From positions 61,592,146 to 61,656,145 of the forward strand of contig NC_052157.1 in the NCBI RefSeq assembly GCF_902713615.1: a stretch of 64,000 nucleotides of DNA. The letters run 5' to 3'. The DNA comes from Scyliorhinus canicula. Taxonomy: Eukaryota. The notes below the pieces were generated by a model. The model saw only the letters and a program-made list of their open reading frames with translations, was not told the origin of the DNA and searched no databases. Position 1 is the stretch's first letter. The number at the start of each line of letters is the position of its first letter. Positions 61,636 to 64,000 of this stretch are shown one piece after another. The translations under genes and the position numbers were made by a program.

Positions 61636-63074
61636 ATCTGTCTGTTATGTTTTGTGCACTCTCCCTGTGTTTTATTTTTCTTAGCATTACTGGACACATT
61701 CCCTGAGTTCTCTGCAGTCTTTGTACTCTGTACTGTGGCCCTTTTTGATGTTTGACTTTATTTTCTCTGTCTTTCACTTTTCCCCTTACTGCCTTTTGTT
61801 TCTGTCCCCACTTTAATCCCCTCTGACTTCCTGCATTGGTTCCCATCTCCCTGTCCATTAATTTAAATCCTCCCCAACAGCATTAGCAAACACTCCCCCA
61901 AGGACATTGGTACCAGTCCTGCTCAGGTGCAGACCATTCGGTTTGCACTGGTCCCACCTCCCCCAGAATCGGTTCCAATGTCTTAGAAATTTGAAACCCT
62001 CCCTCTTGCACCCTATCTCAAGCCACAAATTCATCTTATCCATCCTGTCATTCCCAGTCTGACTAGCACATGGCACTGGTAGCAATCCCGAGATTACTAC
62101 CTTTGAGGTCCTACTTTTTAGTTTAGCTCAAAACTCCCTAAATTCAGCATAGAGGACCTCATCATGTTTTTTTGCCGATATCGTTGGTGCCTGTATACAC
62201 CACAACACCAGGCTGTTCATCCTACCGCTTGAGAAGGTCCTGCAGCCGCTCTGAGACATCCTTGACCTTACACCAGGGAGTCAACATACCATCCTGGAGT
62301 CTCGTTTGCATCCTCAGAAACGGCTGACTACTCCCCATACAATTGAATCCCCAATTACTATAGCTCTGCCATTCTTTTTCCTGCTCTCCTGCTCAGCAGA
62401 GCCAGCCACGGTGCCATGAACCTGGCTCATGCTGCCTTCCCATGGTGAGCCATCTCCCCCAACAGTATCCAAAATGGGATTCATATTTTGGAGGGAGATG
62501 ACTGCTGCAGGGGACCCCTGCTCAGCCTTCCTACTCTTCCTCTGTCTGTTGTTCACCAATTCCCTATCTCCCTCAGTACTCTGCAGTGTGACCAACTCAC
62601 TAAACGTGCTATCCATGATTTCCTCAGCATCATGGATGCTCCAAAGTGAGTCCATCCGCAGCTCCAAAGCCATCAAGCGGTCTAACAGGAGCTGCAGCTG
62701 CACACACTTGTTGCATGTAAAGGAGTCAGGGACAGTGAACGTTGCCCGAACTCCCACATTGCACAAGAGGAGCATGACACGGGTCTGGGATCTCCTGGCA
62801 TCATTAGCCGCAGTGTCTGTGGAATCACAATCTGATGATTTCACAAAAAAAATCCATTAATGTCACTTAATTCTGCTTGAATGTTATAGAAACTCAAACA
62901 TGATCCTTTGGGCCATCCTTCATGGATGTACTTTATCACTTTCTGCAACATTAGGTCTGTGATGATAGGCAGACTATCACCTATATATAATATGAGTAGT
63001 TCATCATCACTGTAAATTCTATGATCTATGATCTCCAGATCTGCATGAGTATTATAAGTTATATATTTTACTTT

Positions 63075-64000
63075 TGTAGTTCCAGCATCCGACCAGCAGG
63101 TGGGGTGAGTACGGAGTCCCAGGACCCGGATGCACCATGTGTTCCTTCAGAAGGTGTTTGTAAAGAGTTGATAGCAGTCGCAGATTAGTGTTCGACATTT
63201 ATTTCCAACTGTATTCATCATAGACATTTTAGTTATTCGTTAGTATAGTGTTCTTAATAAATAACTTTGTTTATAAAACAAAGTCTAATGTTTTTTGTTC
63301 ACACGACAATATCGAGTTCCCACATCACCCCAATCAAAGAATATTTGTGGTACCTTGGAGTGGATGGTGAAAGAGAACAGTTGGGGAAAGTTAGATACGT
63401 CGAGAATACACAAGAGAGCAAGCGGAGATTCAAGAAATAAAAATCAGCTGTAAAACAAAATACTACCAGGATCGTTGAGCAAGATGGAAACATAAAAGAT
63501 TCCCAGCCAATTGCTCACGACTGGTAATGTAGATGTGAACTGGCGTGCTTTCAAACTACAGTTCACTTTTTACGGCATGCTCTTGGTCTCCAAGAAGTTT
63601 TGGACGAGAATAAACTAGCACTCCTAATGATAGTAGCCGGTCCCCAAGCAAGTGATCTGTATAATACTTTTCAGTTTGCTTCAGAGAAAGACAAGAAGCT
63701 CTACTCAAAAATAATCGAGCAATTCGATAACTTTTGCCATCCGGAAAAGAACAAAACTTTTGAGCGTTATGTATTCAGGATGAGACTGTAGAAATCGAGC
63801 GCAACATTTGACTGTTTTGTCACGGATCTACGTCTCAAAGCGCAGTCCTGCAATTTTGCAGACCTCCATGGTTCATTGATAAAAGACTAAATTGTGTGCG
63901 GTCTGCAATGTGATAAATTACGTGAGCGATTGCTGAGGGAAAGCGATTTAAAACTAGCAGATGCCATTAAAATCTGCAAGGCCTGTGAGATAGCACAAAA
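63075..64000 (+). mobile_element. Gypsy 5' end: LTR part, tRNA-Leu-like PBS, decayed gag, running off the window
   Basis: TGGTACCTTGGAGTGG at 63348 resembles the complement of the tRNA-Leu(UAA) 3' end; gag GNVDVNWRAFK..., FERYVF, LRERLLRE. LTR start uncertain. Confidence 0.8.

Larger units (their letters stand above)
57103..62820 (-). mobile_element. Near full-length CR1 LINE with nested insertions
   Basis: ORF1 with zinc finger (CNKC) and SGNH-esterase motifs (AIVIGDSIV; GLHLSRTGT); APE and RT fragments; hosts a SINE, an LTR and a MITE. Confidence 0.9.

Noticed and set aside
62314-62844. Esterase-like ORF as a host gene
   Set aside because: It is the known zinc-finger/SGNH ORF1 of CR1 elements, collinear with the adjacent ORF2.

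Overview
Repeat-dense vertebrate genomic DNA, most likely elasmobranch (catshark-like). The host call rests on recalled HE1-type tRNA SINEs and CR1 LINEs with TTCTATG-type tails, not on a database search. Most of the window is mobile DNA: CR1 and L1-type LINEs, two complete but decayed Ty3/Gypsy elements with 5-bp TSDs, Gypsy fragments and solo LTRs, a deleted endogenous retrovirus (pol 3' half, atypical env, 3' LTR), GC-rich Harbinger-like MITEs, a palindromic Tigger-like MITE, SINEs, a 33-bp minisatellite and a 3.8-kb 55-bp satellite. The only host coding sequence I can support is a minus-strand Siglec-like immune receptor locus. It has two paralogous open V-set Ig exons (52552-52905, 23873-24235), a 24-bp stub of a C2-set exon, and one transmembrane exon with an intramembrane Arg and a short tail (13801-13940). 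I found no leader exon. Best leads: (1) a Gypsy lineage with no tRNA primer-binding site but a covarying inverted repeat in the PBS position, suggesting self-priming or poly(A)-signal occlusion; (2) the two-V/one-TM activating-type Siglec arrangement; (3) the ERV env, which does not look like a gamma-type env. All coordinates and alignments were done by eye; ends not fixed by a TSD or splice site are approximate.
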